DNA of 60,711 bases, taken from the NCBI GenBank assembly GCA_008638165.1, contig VTPL01000001.1, positions 1 through 60,711 of the forward strand. The letters run 5' to 3'. Positions within the stretch are counted from its first letter, which is position 1; every line of letters starts with the position of its first letter. Under the pieces are notes generated by a model, which was not told where the DNA came from, made no database searches, and worked only from the letters and a program-made list of their open reading frames with translations. The DNA is from Pelagibacteraceae bacterium. GTDB lineage: Bacteria; Pseudomonadota; Alphaproteobacteria; Pelagibacterales; Pelagibacteraceae. Made by a program: the position numbers and the translations under genes. This document shows positions 1 through 11,000 of this stretch, piece after piece.

Positions 1-546
1 CTTAAGTTCTTTAGGTAATTGATTTGGTTTATAAGTTGGTACATCAATTTTTAAATGTGAAATAATTTTTTGTTTAATTTTTAAAGTTTTTTTTGTTGAT
101 CTATCTATAATTGATGCAAACCCAACTAAGCTTGCTTTAGATTTATTGATTAACTGCACACATTCTAGGCTTGATTTACCAGTAGTAATTACATCTTCAA
201 TGATGAGTACTTTTGAATTTTTTTTAATACTAAAGCCCCTTCTTAACGTAAATTTACCATTAACTCTCTCGCAAAAAATAGTTTCTATTTTTAAGAGTTT
301 TCCAATTTCATAACCTATGACCACCCCTCCCATTGCCGGTGCCAATATTAGATCAATTTTTTTAAAATTTTTTTTAATTTTGTTTGCTAGTGATTTGCAA
401 ATTGATTGAGCTTTATCTGGAAAGCTTAATAATTTAGCACATTGAATATATTTTGATGAATGAAGTCCAGAAGATAATACAAAATGACCTTCTAAAAGTG
501 CATCAGTCTTTTTTAAAATATTTAAGGATTTTTTGAGTGAAAGCAT
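1..546 (-). CDS. pyrE: Orotate phosphoribosyltransferase (3' end runs off the window; not in the ORF track)
   Basis: Manual translation from ATG at 546 gives MLSLKKSLNILKKTDALLEGHFVLSSGLHSSKYIQCA..., with PRPP-binding loop VLIIEDVITTGKS. It overlaps the rel/spoT 3' end by 44 bp. Confidence 0.93.
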   Translation of the reverse strand, partial: MLSLKKSLNILKKTDALLEGHFVLSSGLHSSKYIQCAKLLSFPDKAQSICKSLANKIKKNFKKIDLILAPAMGGVVIGYEIGKLLKIETIFCERVNGKFTLRRGFSIKKNSKVLIIEDVITTGKSSLECVQLINKSKASLVGFASIIDRSTKKTLKIKQKIISHLKIDVPTYKPNQLPKELK

Positions 547-2248
547 TTCTTTTATCTTCGTGTCTGATTATCTTAAATTTTATACCTTTTTGCTTTAACT
601 CCGCAATAAAATTAGTGAAATTTTTTAAATCTCTAATTATCAACTGAAATTTAAAATTTATATAATTTGGATTTTTGCCAGCCATTTCTAAATTTGAAAT
701 ATTTAGTTTATGATCACCAATAAGAGAGGTTATGCTTCCCAACTGTCCTGGCTTATCTGGTAAAGAAATCCATAGGGTAGTATTGTATTTTTTTAATTTT
801 TCTTCTTTTTCCTCACCCTTATCATGCCAATACCTTCTTATTGCAGCTCTTGCTTTTCCTGTTTTGGTGACTGGAATCCAGTGAAGTGATGGAGACTGAT
901 TTTTTGAGGTAATTATATTTACTGTATCTCCATTTCTTAAAATTGATTGCAGTTCACTTTTGTTACCATTGATCTCACACCCTATTGCAGTATTTCCTAT
1001 CTTTGTGTGAACCGCGTATGCAAAATCAATTGGTGTTGCATTTTTGGGTAATTTTATTACAGAGCCTTTTGGTGTAAAACAAAATACATTTTCCTGAAAC
1101 ATTTGTAATTTTGTATATTCATAAGAGTGTTCTGGATTTTCATTTTTTTCTATGATTTCAACTAAATCTTTTAACCAATCATATTCTTTCCATTGAAGAG
1201 AGTTAAATTTTTCAGAAGATTTATATTTCCAATGTGATGCTATACCTCTTTCAGCAAAATCATGCATTTCATTAGTTCTGATTTGAATTTCAATTGGTTT
1301 TTTGTAAGACCCAATTACAGAAGTATGCAGAGATTTATATCCGTTGATTTTTGGAGAAGAGATATAATCTTTAAATTTTCCCGGTATACAGTTCCATTTT
1401 TTATGTAAAACTCCTAAGGCATGATAACAATCATCTATATTTTCTAAAATTATTCTAAATCCGATAATGTCAGTGATTTGTTCCAATGAAACCCTTTTTT
1501 TTTGAAGTTTACGCCAAATTGAAAAAGGGGTTTTTTCTCTACCGTAAATTATTGCCTTTACATTATTTTCTAATAGTAAATCTTTAATTTCTTGTGAAAG
1601 ATTATCAAAAAGATCTTCTTTATCTTTTTTGATTTCTTTTAATCTGTTTTGGATAAGTGTTCTTGCATCAATATTTAATATTTCAAACGACAAATCTTCA
1701 AGTTCATCTCTTATTCTATGCATACCCATTCTATCAGCTAATGGAGCGTAAATTTCCATAGTTTCTTGCGCAATACGTTTTCTTTTGTCCTCACGACTAA
1801 TTGATTTTATAGTTCGCATATTGTGCAATCTGTCAGCAAGTTTAACTAATAAAACTCTTATATCTTTTGAGGTTGCAAGAATTAATTTTCTAAAGTTTTC
1901 AGCTTTTGAATTTGCAGCTGCAGTATTTTCGAAAACTGAAATTTTTGTAACACCTTCAACTAATTCAGCTACCTCTTCTCCAAATTCTCCTTTGATAGTT
2001 TCATAAGTTGCAAAAGTATCTTCAATAGTGTCATGCAATAAACCTGTTGCAATTGTTGCTGAATCTAATTTTAAGTCAGTAAGAATATTTGCTACCTCAA
2101 TTGGGTGAACAGAGTAAGGGTCCCCTGAAGCTCTTTTTTGATTGCTATGAGCTTTTATAGCAAAATTATATGCTTTATTTAACCGTTCTAAATTTACAAA
2201 CTTATTATAATTTTTTACCTTATTTATAAGGTCATCTGAGTTAAGCAT
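503..2248 (-). CDS. spoT: Bifunctional (p)ppGpp synthetase/hydrolase (Rel/SpoT), shortened C-terminal region
   Basis: HD motif LLHDTIEDT, KLADRLHNMRT, synthetase motifs GYKSLHT and EIQIRT, TGS domain (FTPKG...DFAYAVHT), C-terminal ACT-like domain. ATG 2248 preferred over the track start at 2257. Confidence 0.95.
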   Translation of the reverse strand: MLNSDDLINKVKNYNKFVNLERLNKAYNFAIKAHSNQKRASGDPYSVHPIEVANILTDLKLDSATIATGLLHDTIEDTFATYETIKGEFGEEVAELVEGVTKISVFENTAAANSKAENFRKLILATSKDIRVLLVKLADRLHNMRTIKSISREDKRKRIAQETMEIYAPLADRMGMHRIRDELEDLSFEILNIDARTLIQNRLKEIKKDKEDLFDNLSQEIKDLLLENNVKAIIYGREKTPFSIWRKLQKKRVSLEQITDIIGFRIILENIDDCYHALGVLHKKWNCIPGKFKDYISSPKINGYKSLHTSVIGSYKKPIEIQIRTNEMHDFAERGIASHWKYKSSEKFNSLQWKEYDWLKDLVEIIEKNENPEHSYEYTKLQMFQENVFCFTPKGSVIKLPKNATPIDFAYAVHTKIGNTAIGCEINGNKSELQSILRNGDTVNIITSKNQSPSLHWIPVTKTGKARAAIRRYWHDKGEEKEEKLKKYNTTLWISLPDKPGQLGSITSLIGDHKLNISNLEMAGKNPNYINFKFQLIIRDLKNFTNFIAELKQKGIKFKIIRHEDKRNAFTQKILKYFKKD

Positions 2249-2269
2249 ACATTGCAATATAACACTAAA

Positions 2270-2746
2270 TTATATTTGTTTAATAGTTGTAATATCCTTA
2301 ATTGGTAAAGAAAAAATTAATTTTTTAACACTTTTATTTGTTTTTGGATGTCTCCAATCAGGAGCTATTTCACATAAAGGTATTAAAACAAAGTTACGAT
2401 TTGACATTCTTTCATGAGGGATAATAATATTTTTTGATAAAACTTTATTTCTGTATGAAATTAAATCAATATCACATGTACGAGGAGAATTTCTCATATT
2501 TTTTTTTCTACCAAGTTTTTTTTCAATTATTTTAAAAATTTTAATAAGTTTATCTACAGGAATTCTTGTATTTGATTGAATTACTATGTTTAAAAATTTA
2601 GGTTTAGTAGGATCCGGCCAAGATAAAGTTTCGTAATATTTTGAAAATTTTAAAATGTTTATACCATTTATTTTTAAATTATATTTAGCGTTTTCAATAT
2701 TTTGAATTCTATTACCAAGATTGGAACCTATTCCGATAAATACCAT
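2270..2746 (-). CDS. folK: 2-amino-4-hydroxy-6-hydroxymethyldihydropteridine diphosphokinase (HPPK)
   Basis: FIGIGSNLG N-terminus, PRTCDIDLI, IPHERMSNRNFVLIPL. Start at ATG 2746 forms a TAATG overlap with the smpB stop. Confidence 0.93.
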   Translation of the reverse strand: MVFIGIGSNLGNRIQNIENAKYNLKINGINILKFSKYYETLSWPDPTKPKFLNIVIQSNTRIPVDKLIKIFKIIEKKLGRKKNMRNSPRTCDIDLISYRNKVLSKNIIIPHERMSNRNFVLIPLCEIAPDWRHPKTNKSVKKLIFSLPIKDITTIKQI

Positions 2747-3216
2747 TAGCTTGATTTTCTTATATAACGAGCTTTGTCTCGATTCCAATCTCTGTTTTTT
2801 TTAGTTGCTCTTTTATCAAATTGTTTCTTACCTTTAGCTACAGCAATTTCAATTTTTGCTTTGCCTTTTTTAAAATACATTTTAGTTGGAACAATTGTAA
2901 ATCCGTCCCTCTGCATTTTTCCTATAAGTTTATTTATTTCTCTTTTATTTAGTAATAATTTTCTTTCATCCATTGGATTATGATTGGTCATACTTGCCTG
3001 CTTGTATTGAGCAATGTGGGAATTTATTAAAACAATCTCTCCATTTTTCTCAACTGCATAAGAGTCAGCAATATTTACTTTGCCTTCTCTTACTGATTTT
3101 ATCTCAGATCCTTTAAGAACTATTCCAGCTTCTATTAGGTCTTCAAAGAAATAATTAAAGCTTGCTTTTCTGTTAAGACAAATAATCTTCAAACCAGGAC
3201 TGGTTTTTTTTTTCAT
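2746..3216 (-). CDS. smpB: SsrA-binding protein SmpB
   Basis: NRKA...[28 protein letters not shown] motifs. Confidence 0.97.
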   Translation of the reverse strand: MKKKTSPGLKIICLNRKASFNYFFEDLIEAGIVLKGSEIKSVREGKVNIADSYAVEKNGEIVLINSHIAQYKQASMTNHNPMDERKLLLNKREINKLIGKMQRDGFTIVPTKMYFKKGKAKIEIAVAKGKKQFDKRATKKNRDWNRDKARYIRKSS

Positions 3217-4097
3217 TAAACTAGCTTAGCGGTCTCTAGTGCTTTATTAATTATGTTTTTAGTTGAGTCTGTTACTCTTACTAGTGGCAATCGAACAGCA
3301 TCATCACATAATCCTAAAACTTTTGCTGCATATTTTACTGGACTGGGATTGCTTTCAATAAACATTGAATGATGAACTGGTTGTAAAATTTTATCCAAAC
3401 TTTCTGCTTCTTTTTGTGATTTATCATCTGAAAGTAATGTAAGAGATTGAAATTTAGAACAAAGTTTAGGTGCTATATTTGCAGTTACACTAATTGCGCC
3501 AACACCCCCTCTTCTATTAAACTCAAGTGCATTATCATCATTTCCTGTCAATTGTATAAATTCTCTGCCCATTGCTTTTAATTGCTTGTCTACCCTATTA
3601 AGATCACCGGTTGCATCCTTAACGCCAACAATATTTTTTAACTCAAACAGTCTAGCCATTGTTTCTACTGACATGTCAATTACAGATCTACCTGGAATAT
3701 TGTATATGATAATTGGTAGGCCACACTTATCGTTAATTGCTTTGTAATGTTGATATAATCCTTCTTGAGTAGGTTTGTTATAATATGGTGTAACTATTAA
3801 AGCAGCGTTAGCTCCTGCTTTTTCAGCATGTGTTGTTAGTGAGATAGCTTCATCAGTTGAATTTGAACCAGTTCCAGCAATAACAGGTATTTTTCCACTG
3901 CTTTCTTTAATACATAAGTCGATCACTTGTTGGTGCTCTTTGTGACTAAGTGTTGGAGATTCTCCAGTTGTACCTGCTGGCACAAGACCGCTAGTGCCAT
4001 TCTCTAGGTGAAAGTGAATTAATTTTATATAGCTTTCAACATCAAGACTGTCATCTTTAAAGGGGGTTATTAATGCTACATTTGATCCTTTGAACAT
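3216..4097 (-). CDS. dapA: 4-hydroxy-tetrahydrodipicolinate synthase
   Basis: GTTGES, PYYNKP, YNIPGR and Schiff-base GVKDA motifs. Confidence 0.97.
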   Translation of the reverse strand: MFKGSNVALITPFKDDSLDVESYIKLIHFHLENGTSGLVPAGTTGESPTLSHKEHQQVIDLCIKESSGKIPVIAGTGSNSTDEAISLTTHAEKAGANAALIVTPYYNKPTQEGLYQHYKAINDKCGLPIIIYNIPGRSVIDMSVETMARLFELKNIVGVKDATGDLNRVDKQLKAMGREFIQLTGNDDNALEFNRRGGVGAISVTANIAPKLCSKFQSLTLLSDDKSQKEAESLDKILQPVHHSMFIESNPSPVKYAAKVLGLCDDAVRLPLVRVTDSTKNIINKALETAKLV

Positions 4098-4139
4098 AAA
4101 TACTTATAACATAAATTATTGATTCATATACTAAAGATT

Positions 4140-6356
4140 ATGCCAAAAAAAATACTGATCATTTTTATTACGATTATTCATTTATTGTTTGGGACAACTT
4201 TAGCATTCTCTGAAGAAAAAAAAATTTTACCTATTAAAAAGCCAATATTAAGTGATAGCGAACTCCAGAAAAAAGTATTGGTAAATATTATAAAACCTCT
4301 ACCAAAACCTGATTTATCAAAAGAGCAAAAAAAGACAGAAGTTGCTAATGAAGAAAATAATCAAAGGCCACAATACCTATTGCCAAAAAAGAAACCTTTA
4401 ATAGCTGGAATAAATATTAAGCCAGATATCGATAAATCAAAATTTTATAGTCAAAAAGATTTTGCACTAGCCAAAAAGGCTGTTTCTGAAATGAAAAAAT
4501 CAGATTGGACTAATGCACTAAAAACAGCCAAAAAAGCAAAAGATAAATCTATCTATAACTTTATTGAATGGAGACATCTCCTTACAGAGGGAAATAAAGC
4601 ATCTTTTTATGATTATCTAAATTTTATTAATGCCAATAAAGATTATCCTAGATTAGGACGAATAAAATATTTAGCTGAACACAAATTGTCTAATGAAAAA
4701 ATTACACCAGGTAAAATTATAGATTGGTTTGGAGATGAAGAGCCATTGAGTGGTTATGGCAAAATGATCTTAGGTGAAAGCTATATTCTTACAGGTCAAA
4801 TTGAGCAAGGAAAGAAATTAATTAAAGAAGGTTGGATAACAGCTGATCTAAGTAAAACTGAACTCAGTCTTTTTAGAAAAAAATTTAAGAATTATCTTAA
4901 TGCAGAAGATTACATTCAAAGAGCAGATTATCTTGCTTGGGAAAATAAGTACTGGGATTTAAAAAGAATGTTACGTTATTTACCTAAAGATTACGAGCTT
5001 CTATATAATGCAAGACAATTATTGATGAGTAAATCTTATGGAGTTGACCAAGCTATTAAAAATGTTCCAGATCGATTTAAAAATGATGCTGGTTTAAACT
5101 TTGATAGACTTAAATGGAGACGTAAAAGAGGCCGTATAGATAGTTCTGCTGAAATATTATTAAACGTTAAAAATACAAAAGATTATTTGGTTAGACCTGA
5201 TAAGTGGTGGGATGAGAGAGAAATAATTTCAAGATCTTTAATATATGAAAAAAAATATGAGCTTGCTTATAAGATAGCTAGCAATCATGCATTAATAGAA
5301 GGGTCAGATTATGCGGCCGCAGAATGGATGAGTGGCTGGATTGCATTAAGTTTTTTAGATGATCCATTATTGTCTAAAGATCATTTTCAAAATTTTTATA
5401 ACAATGTAAGTTATCCTATCAGCACATCAAGAGGTGCATATTGGTTAGCAAGATCATATAAAGCACTTGGAGATAAAGAAAATTCAAAAAAATGGTTTGA
5501 GGAAGCGGCTAAGTATTTAACAACTTATTATGGTCAGCTTGCTTTTTTAGAATTAAATCCAAATGAAAATTTTGAACTTTCTAAAGATATGGAGGTGGAT
5601 AAAAAATATAGAGAAAAATTTTATTCAAAAGAATTGGTAAAAATAACTTATCTTTTAGATGAACTTAATGAAGATAAATACACTAAATTTATTCTAAGAC
5701 ATTTGGCTAATGAAAATATAGAAAATGGAAGTGAAATTCTGGCATCTGAGCTATCCACTAATATAGGAAGATTTGACTTTGCTATACAAATTGCAAAAAT
5801 TGCTTCTTATGAAAAAAGATTTCATAACAAGTTTAACTATCCAATAATAAGTACTCCAAAAAATATTAATGGCAGAAAAATCCCTGAAAGTGCATTTATT
5901 TTATCAATTATAAGACAAGAGAGTGAATTTGATTTAAGCGCCAATAGCCATGCTGGTGCCAAAGGTTTAATGCAGTTGATGCCGTACACTGCAAAATTAG
6001 TTGCAAAACAAGCAAAGCTTCCTTATGTCAAATCTAGATTAACTACTGATCCAGAATATAATATTAATTTAGGCTCTCATTACATTGCAGGCTTAATACT
6101 GGATTATGATGGAGCTTATCCATTCGCAATAGCAGCTTATAATGCAGGTCCAAATAGAGTTAAATATTGGAAAAAAATCAACAAAGATCCTCAAAAAAAA
6201 CAAATAGATTACGTTGACTGGATTGAGTTAATTAAATTTAGAGAGACAAGAAATTATGTTCAAAGAGTATTAGAAAATTATAATGTCTACAGATATATTC
6301 TAGAGCAAAGACCAATTAAAATGAAAGATTTCTTTAAAGACGAACCATTGTTCTAA
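4140..6356 (+). CDS. slt: Soluble lytic murein transglycosylase (Slt70-like), exported
   Basis: Signal peptide, helical-repeat body, SLT motifs RQES, GLMQLMP, AYNAG, ETRNYV. ATG 4140 preferred over TTG 4119. Confidence 0.9.
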   Translation: MPKKILIIFITIIHLLFGTTLAFSEEKKILPIKKPILSDSELQKKVLVNIIKPLPKPDLSKEQKKTEVANEENNQRPQYLLPKKKPLIAGINIKPDIDKSKFYSQKDFALAKKAVSEMKKSDWTNALKTAKKAKDKSIYNFIEWRHLLTEGNKASFYDYLNFINANKDYPRLGRIKYLAEHKLSNEKITPGKIIDWFGDEEPLSGYGKMILGESYILTGQIEQGKKLIKEGWITADLSKTELSLFRKKFKNYLNAEDYIQRADYLAWENKYWDLKRMLRYLPKDYELLYNARQLLMSKSYGVDQAIKNVPDRFKNDAGLNFDRLKWRRKRGRIDSSAEILLNVKNTKDYLVRPDKWWDEREIISRSLIYEKKYELAYKIASNHALIEGSDYAAAEWMSGWIALSFLDDPLLSKDHFQNFYNNVSYPISTSRGAYWLARSYKALGDKENSKKWFEEAAKYLTTYYGQLAFLELNPNENFELSKDMEVDKKYREKFYSKELVKITYLLDELNEDKYTKFILRHLANENIENGSEILASELSTNIGRFDFAIQIAKIASYEKRFHNKFNYPIISTPKNINGRKIPESAFILSIIRQESEFDLSANSHAGAKGLMQLMPYTAKLVAKQAKLPYVKSRLTTDPEYNINLGSHYIAGLILDYDGAYPFAIAAYNAGPNRVKYWKKINKDPQKKQIDYVDWIELIKFRETRNYVQRVLENYNVYRYILEQRPIKMKDFFKDEPLF

Positions 6357-6358
6357 AA

Positions 6359-6450
6359 TGGCGGAAGAGGAGGGATTCGAACCCTCGGTACAAGTTTCCT
6401 CGCACGGTCATTTAGCAAACGACTGGTTTCAGCCTCTCACCCACTCTTCC
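6359..6450 (-). tRNA. tRNA-Ser(GCT)
   Basis: Reverse complement GGAAGAGTGGGTGAGAGG...GTCGT-TT-GCT-AA-ATGAC...long variable arm...GGTTCGAATCC...CTCTTCC-G-CCA; CCA is encoded. Confidence 0.97.
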
Positions 6451-6513
6451 ATATTTTGATACATTTGATTGTATTGAATATTGAATATTAATAAAGTAAT
6501 TATTCAGAATTCT

Positions 6514-7767
6514 ATGAAAAAAAAGTACTCAATATTCTCACTCATAAAAAATGCATTCTCATATCATGAGAACTGGGAAAAAGCTTGGAAAGATCCAACA
6601 CCTAAAAAAGAATATGATGCAGTGATTGTTGGTGGTGGTGGTCACGGTTTAGCTACTGCTTACTACCTTGCCAAAAAACATAACATGAAAAATATTGCAG
6701 TTGTTGAAAAAGGATGGATTGGTGGAGGAAATACTGGAAGAAATACTACAATTATAAGATCAAATTATTTATGGGATGCGAGTGCTGGTCTTTATGATCA
6801 CGCTTTAAAAATCTGGGAAGGTTTATCTCAAGAGTTAAATTACAATGTTATGTTCAGTCAAAGAGGCGTGATGAATTTAGCTCACAATCTTCAAGATGTC
6901 AGAGATTTAAAAAGAAGAACTCATGCTAATAGATTAAATGGAATTGATGCTGTCTACCTATCAACTGAAGAAGTTAAAAAGTTCTGTCCAATAATAAATA
7001 CTTCACCAGATATAAGATATCCTGTTTTAGGAGGTACGCTTCAACGAAGAGCTGGAACTGCAAGACATGATGCAGTTGCGTGGGGATATGCTAGAGGTGC
7101 TGATGAAATGGGAGTTGATATTATTCAAAATTGTGAGGTTAAAGGAATTAAAAGAAATGGTGATGCGGTAGAAGGATTAGAAACTACAAAAGGATTTATA
7201 AAAACTAAAAAAATTGGAGTCGTTGCTGCTGGTCATTCAAGCGTTATAGCAAATATGGCTGGGATAAGACTTCCTCTAGAGAGCAAACCTTTGCAGGCTT
7301 TAGTTTCAGAGCCAGTAAAACCTATTATTGACACTGTTGTTATGTCAAATGCAGTTCACGCATATGTAAGTCAGTCTGATAAAGGTGAACTTGTAATCGG
7401 TGCTGGAACAGACGATTATGTATCTTATTCACAAAAAGGTAGCCATGATATTGTTGAAGGAACATTGAACGCAATATTAGAACTCTATCCTATTTTTAGT
7501 CGAATGAGAATGTTAAGACAATGGGGTGGAATTGTTGATATTTGTCCTGACGCTAGTCCAATTATAAGTAAAACAATGATCAAGGGTTTATATTTTAATT
7601 GTGGTTGGGGAACTGGAGGTTTTAAAGCAACCCCAGGTTCAGGAGATTTGTTTGCACACACAATTGCAAATGATGAGCCTCACAAACTTAATGCAGCGTT
7701 TAATTTAAATAGATTTGTAAGTGGTGACCTTGTAGACGAACATGGTGCAGCTGCTGTAGCTCATTAA
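6514..7767 (+). CDS. soxB: Heterotetrameric sarcosine oxidase family, beta subunit
   Basis: [39 protein letters not shown]-terminal [12 protein letters not shown] 6514 preferred over TTG 6481. Confidence 0.95.
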   Translation: MKKKYSIFSLIKNAFSYHENWEKAWKDPTPKKEYDAVIVGGGGHGLATAYYLAKKHNMKNIAVVEKGWIGGGNTGRNTTIIRSNYLWDASAGLYDHALKIWEGLSQELNYNVMFSQRGVMNLAHNLQDVRDLKRRTHANRLNGIDAVYLSTEEVKKFCPIINTSPDIRYPVLGGTLQRRAGTARHDAVAWGYARGADEMGVDIIQNCEVKGIKRNGDAVEGLETTKGFIKTKKIGVVAAGHSSVIANMAGIRLPLESKPLQALVSEPVKPIIDTVVMSNAVHAYVSQSDKGELVIGAGTDDYVSYSQKGSHDIVEGTLNAILELYPIFSRMRMLRQWGGIVDICPDASPIISKTMIKGLYFNCGWGTGGFKATPGSGDLFAHTIANDEPHKLNAAFNLNRFVSGDLVDEHGAAAVAH

Positions 7768-8043
7768 ATGTTTGTAATTAGTTGTCCTTATTGTGGTGAG
7801 AGAGAGCAAAGCGAGTTTAAAGCCGGCGGTGAAGCTCATATTGAAAGACCAAAACAACCTACTGAACTTAGTGATGATGAATGGGCAGAATACCTGTTCA
7901 TGAGAAAAAATATTAAAGGTATTCAGTATGAAAGATGGAACCATGCTCATGGTTGCAGAAAATGGTTTAATATGGTTCGAGATACTTCCAATGATGAAAT
8001 AAAAGCAGTTTATAAAATGGGCGAAAAGCCACCTTCAGTTTAA
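7768..8043 (+). CDS. soxD: Sarcosine oxidase delta subunit
   Basis: CPYCG...EF..GGEAH...HAHGCRKWFN zinc-binding pattern. Confidence 0.95.
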   Translation: MFVISCPYCGEREQSEFKAGGEAHIERPKQPTELSDDEWAEYLFMRKNIKGIQYERWNHAHGCRKWFNMVRDTSNDEIKAVYKMGEKPPSV

Positions 8044-8044
8044 T

Positions 8045-11000
8045 ATGTCTACAAATTCAAGATTAAAAACTAGTAAATTTATTGACGAAACTTCTCGTAT
8101 TTCATTCAAATTTAACAATAAAACCTATTATGGATTTAAAGGTGACACCCTCGCCTCTGCCTTATTAGCAAATGATGTTCATTTGGTTGGAAGAAGTTTT
8201 AAATATCATAGACCAAGAGGAATAATGACAGCAGGTTCTGAAGAACCTAACGCAATAGTTCAAATTAATGATGGCACAGCAGTTACTGAACCAAATGTAA
8301 GAGCAACTGAAGTTGAGATTTATGAAGGATTAGAAGCTTCAAGTCAAAACTGTTGGCCTAGCGTGAATTTTGATATTGGTGGAATAAACAATCTATTGTC
8401 ACCTCTATTACCTGCCGGATTTTATTATAAAACATTTATGTGGCCAGCTAGTTTTTGGGAAAAATATGAATATTTTATCAGAAAATCAGCAGGTCTTGGA
8501 AAATCACCTACCCAACCTGATCCGGATATTTATGAACATCAATATATTCACTGTGATGTTCTTGTAATTGGAGCTGGGATTTCAGGAATAATGGCAGCAA
8601 AAACAGCGGCTAAAAATGGATTGAAAACTTTATTAGTGGATGAAAAACCAATTTTAGGTGGCAATACGATTTATAAAGATAATGAGGACACTAGTATAAA
8701 TAATCAAACACCATCAAAGTGGATATCTGATCAAATAAACGAATTAGAAAAATTAGATAATTTAGAAATAAAAAAAAGAACAAGTGTTGCTGCATATCAT
8801 GGATACAATTATTTATTAGCTAGAGAAAATCTTACTGACCATCTACCAATCCATGAACGTAAGAATAAAATCAGACAAAGATTATTAAAAATTAGAGCAA
8901 AAAAAGTTATTACATCAACTGGTGCTCTTGAGAGACCACTTGTCTTTAACAATAATGATAGACCAGGAATTTTATTAGCTTCAGCTTTAAAAAGATATTC
9001 TGATTTATTTGGCGTTGCTTGTGGTAAAAAAAATGTTTTGTTCACTAACAATGACAGTGCATATGAAACTGCATTATCATTTATAAACAAAGGTATAAAA
9101 ATAGAAGCAATTATTGATATTAGAGAAAATCCTAATTCTAAACTTGTTAAAAAAATTGAAGAAAATCAGATTAAAATTTTCAAAGGGTATACGGTTGTTG
9201 ATACATCTGGATATAAAAGAATTAACAAAGTTTCAATAATGCAGCTTTCAAAAGATGGTCAAAAAGTTGTAGGAAATAAAATTGAAATTCCTTGTGATTG
9301 CTTAGGAATGTCAGGTGGATGGACTCCAGCAGTTCATTTATTTACTCAATCTGGTGGTAAGCTTTCTTTTAGAGAAGAGGATCAAGTTTTTATTCCTAAA
9401 ATATATACATCAAAACAAATTAGCTTAGGCTCTTGTAATGGTGATTTTAGTTTAGACTCAATTATTAAAAATATACCCGGTCAATTAAAACAATTTTTTG
9501 AGATCAACTCAACTGAATTTGATAATTTAGATATTGAGAGTAATGAAGATTTATCAAAAAGAAATATTTGGTTGCTCCCATCCGATAAAATATTTGGAAA
9601 AACTAAACCATTTGTTGATTATCAAAATGATGCTACTGCAAAAGATATTAAATTAGCTCTAAGAGAGGGATTTAGATCAATTGAGCATGTAAAAAGATAC
9701 ACAACAACAGGTATGGGAACAGATCAAGGAAAACTTGGAAATATGCATGCTCTAGGAATAATCGCAGATACTGCTGGTGTTAAAATGGGTGAACTTGGAA
9801 CAACAACATTTAGGCCACCTTATACCCCACTTACATTTGGAACAATTGTTGGACGAAACGTTGGAGAATATTTTGATATTTTTAGAAAAACCCCAATGCA
9901 TGATTGGCATGAACAAAATAAAGCAGAATTTGAAAACGTAGGTCAATGGAAGAGAGCTTGGTATTATCCAAAAAACAATGAAAATATGCATCAAGCTGTT
10001 CAAAGAGAAAGTAAGGCTGCAAGAGACAGTGCTGGAATTTTAGATGCGTCAACTTTAGGAAAAATTGATATCCAAGGTACCGATGCATCCGAGTTTTTAA
10101 ATCGGGTTTACACGAATGCATGGTCCAAACTTGCAATAGGAAAATGCAGATATGGTTTGATGTTGAATGAAGATGGCATGGTTTATGATGACGGTGTTAC
10201 AACACGACTAGATGAAAACCACTATATAATGACAACAACAACAGGTGGTGCAGCAAATGTTCTAGGTAAATTAGAAGATTACTTACAAACAGAATGGCCA
10301 GAACTTGATGTGTATCTAACATCTGTAACTGATCACTACGCAACAGCAAGTGTGTGTGGACCTAACAGTAAAAAAATACTTCAAAAGATTATCCCAGATT
10401 TAGATTTATCAGATGATAACTTTCCTCATATGTCATTTAAAAATGCTAAAATTGATGGCGTGAAATGCAGAATAATGAGAATTAGTTTTACAGGTGAGCA
10501 TAGTTACGAAATTAATATCCCAGCAAGCTATGGAAAATCATTATGGGAAAAATGTATGGAAGCGGGCAAAGAATATAATATTACTCCTTACGGAACAGAA
10601 ACAATGCACTTATTGAGAGCGGAAAAAGGATTTATAATCGTAGGCCAAGATACAGATGCAACACTTACTCCTATAGATCTTCAAATGGATTGGATTGTTA
10701 GCAAGAAAAAATATGATTTTATTGGTAAACGTTCATTATATAGATCTGACACCATCAAAGAAGATAGAAAACAATTAGTTGGATTACTTACAGATGATCC
10801 AAATGAAGTACTGGAAGAAGGCGCACAAATTGTTGCTGATGCAAATAAAAAACCTATAGAGATGTTGGGTCATGTAACATCGAGCTATTACAGTCCAAAC
10901 CTAAATAAATCAATAGCACTTGGAGTGGTTAGAGGTGGAAAAAAAATGTTAGGTCAAAAACTAATTATACCAATGGAAAATAAAAATATTAATGTAACAG

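Noticed and set aside
2747-2788. N-terminal extension of FolK in the ORF track
   Set aside because: It lies inside smpB; the family N-terminus and the TAATG coupling indicate a start at 2746.
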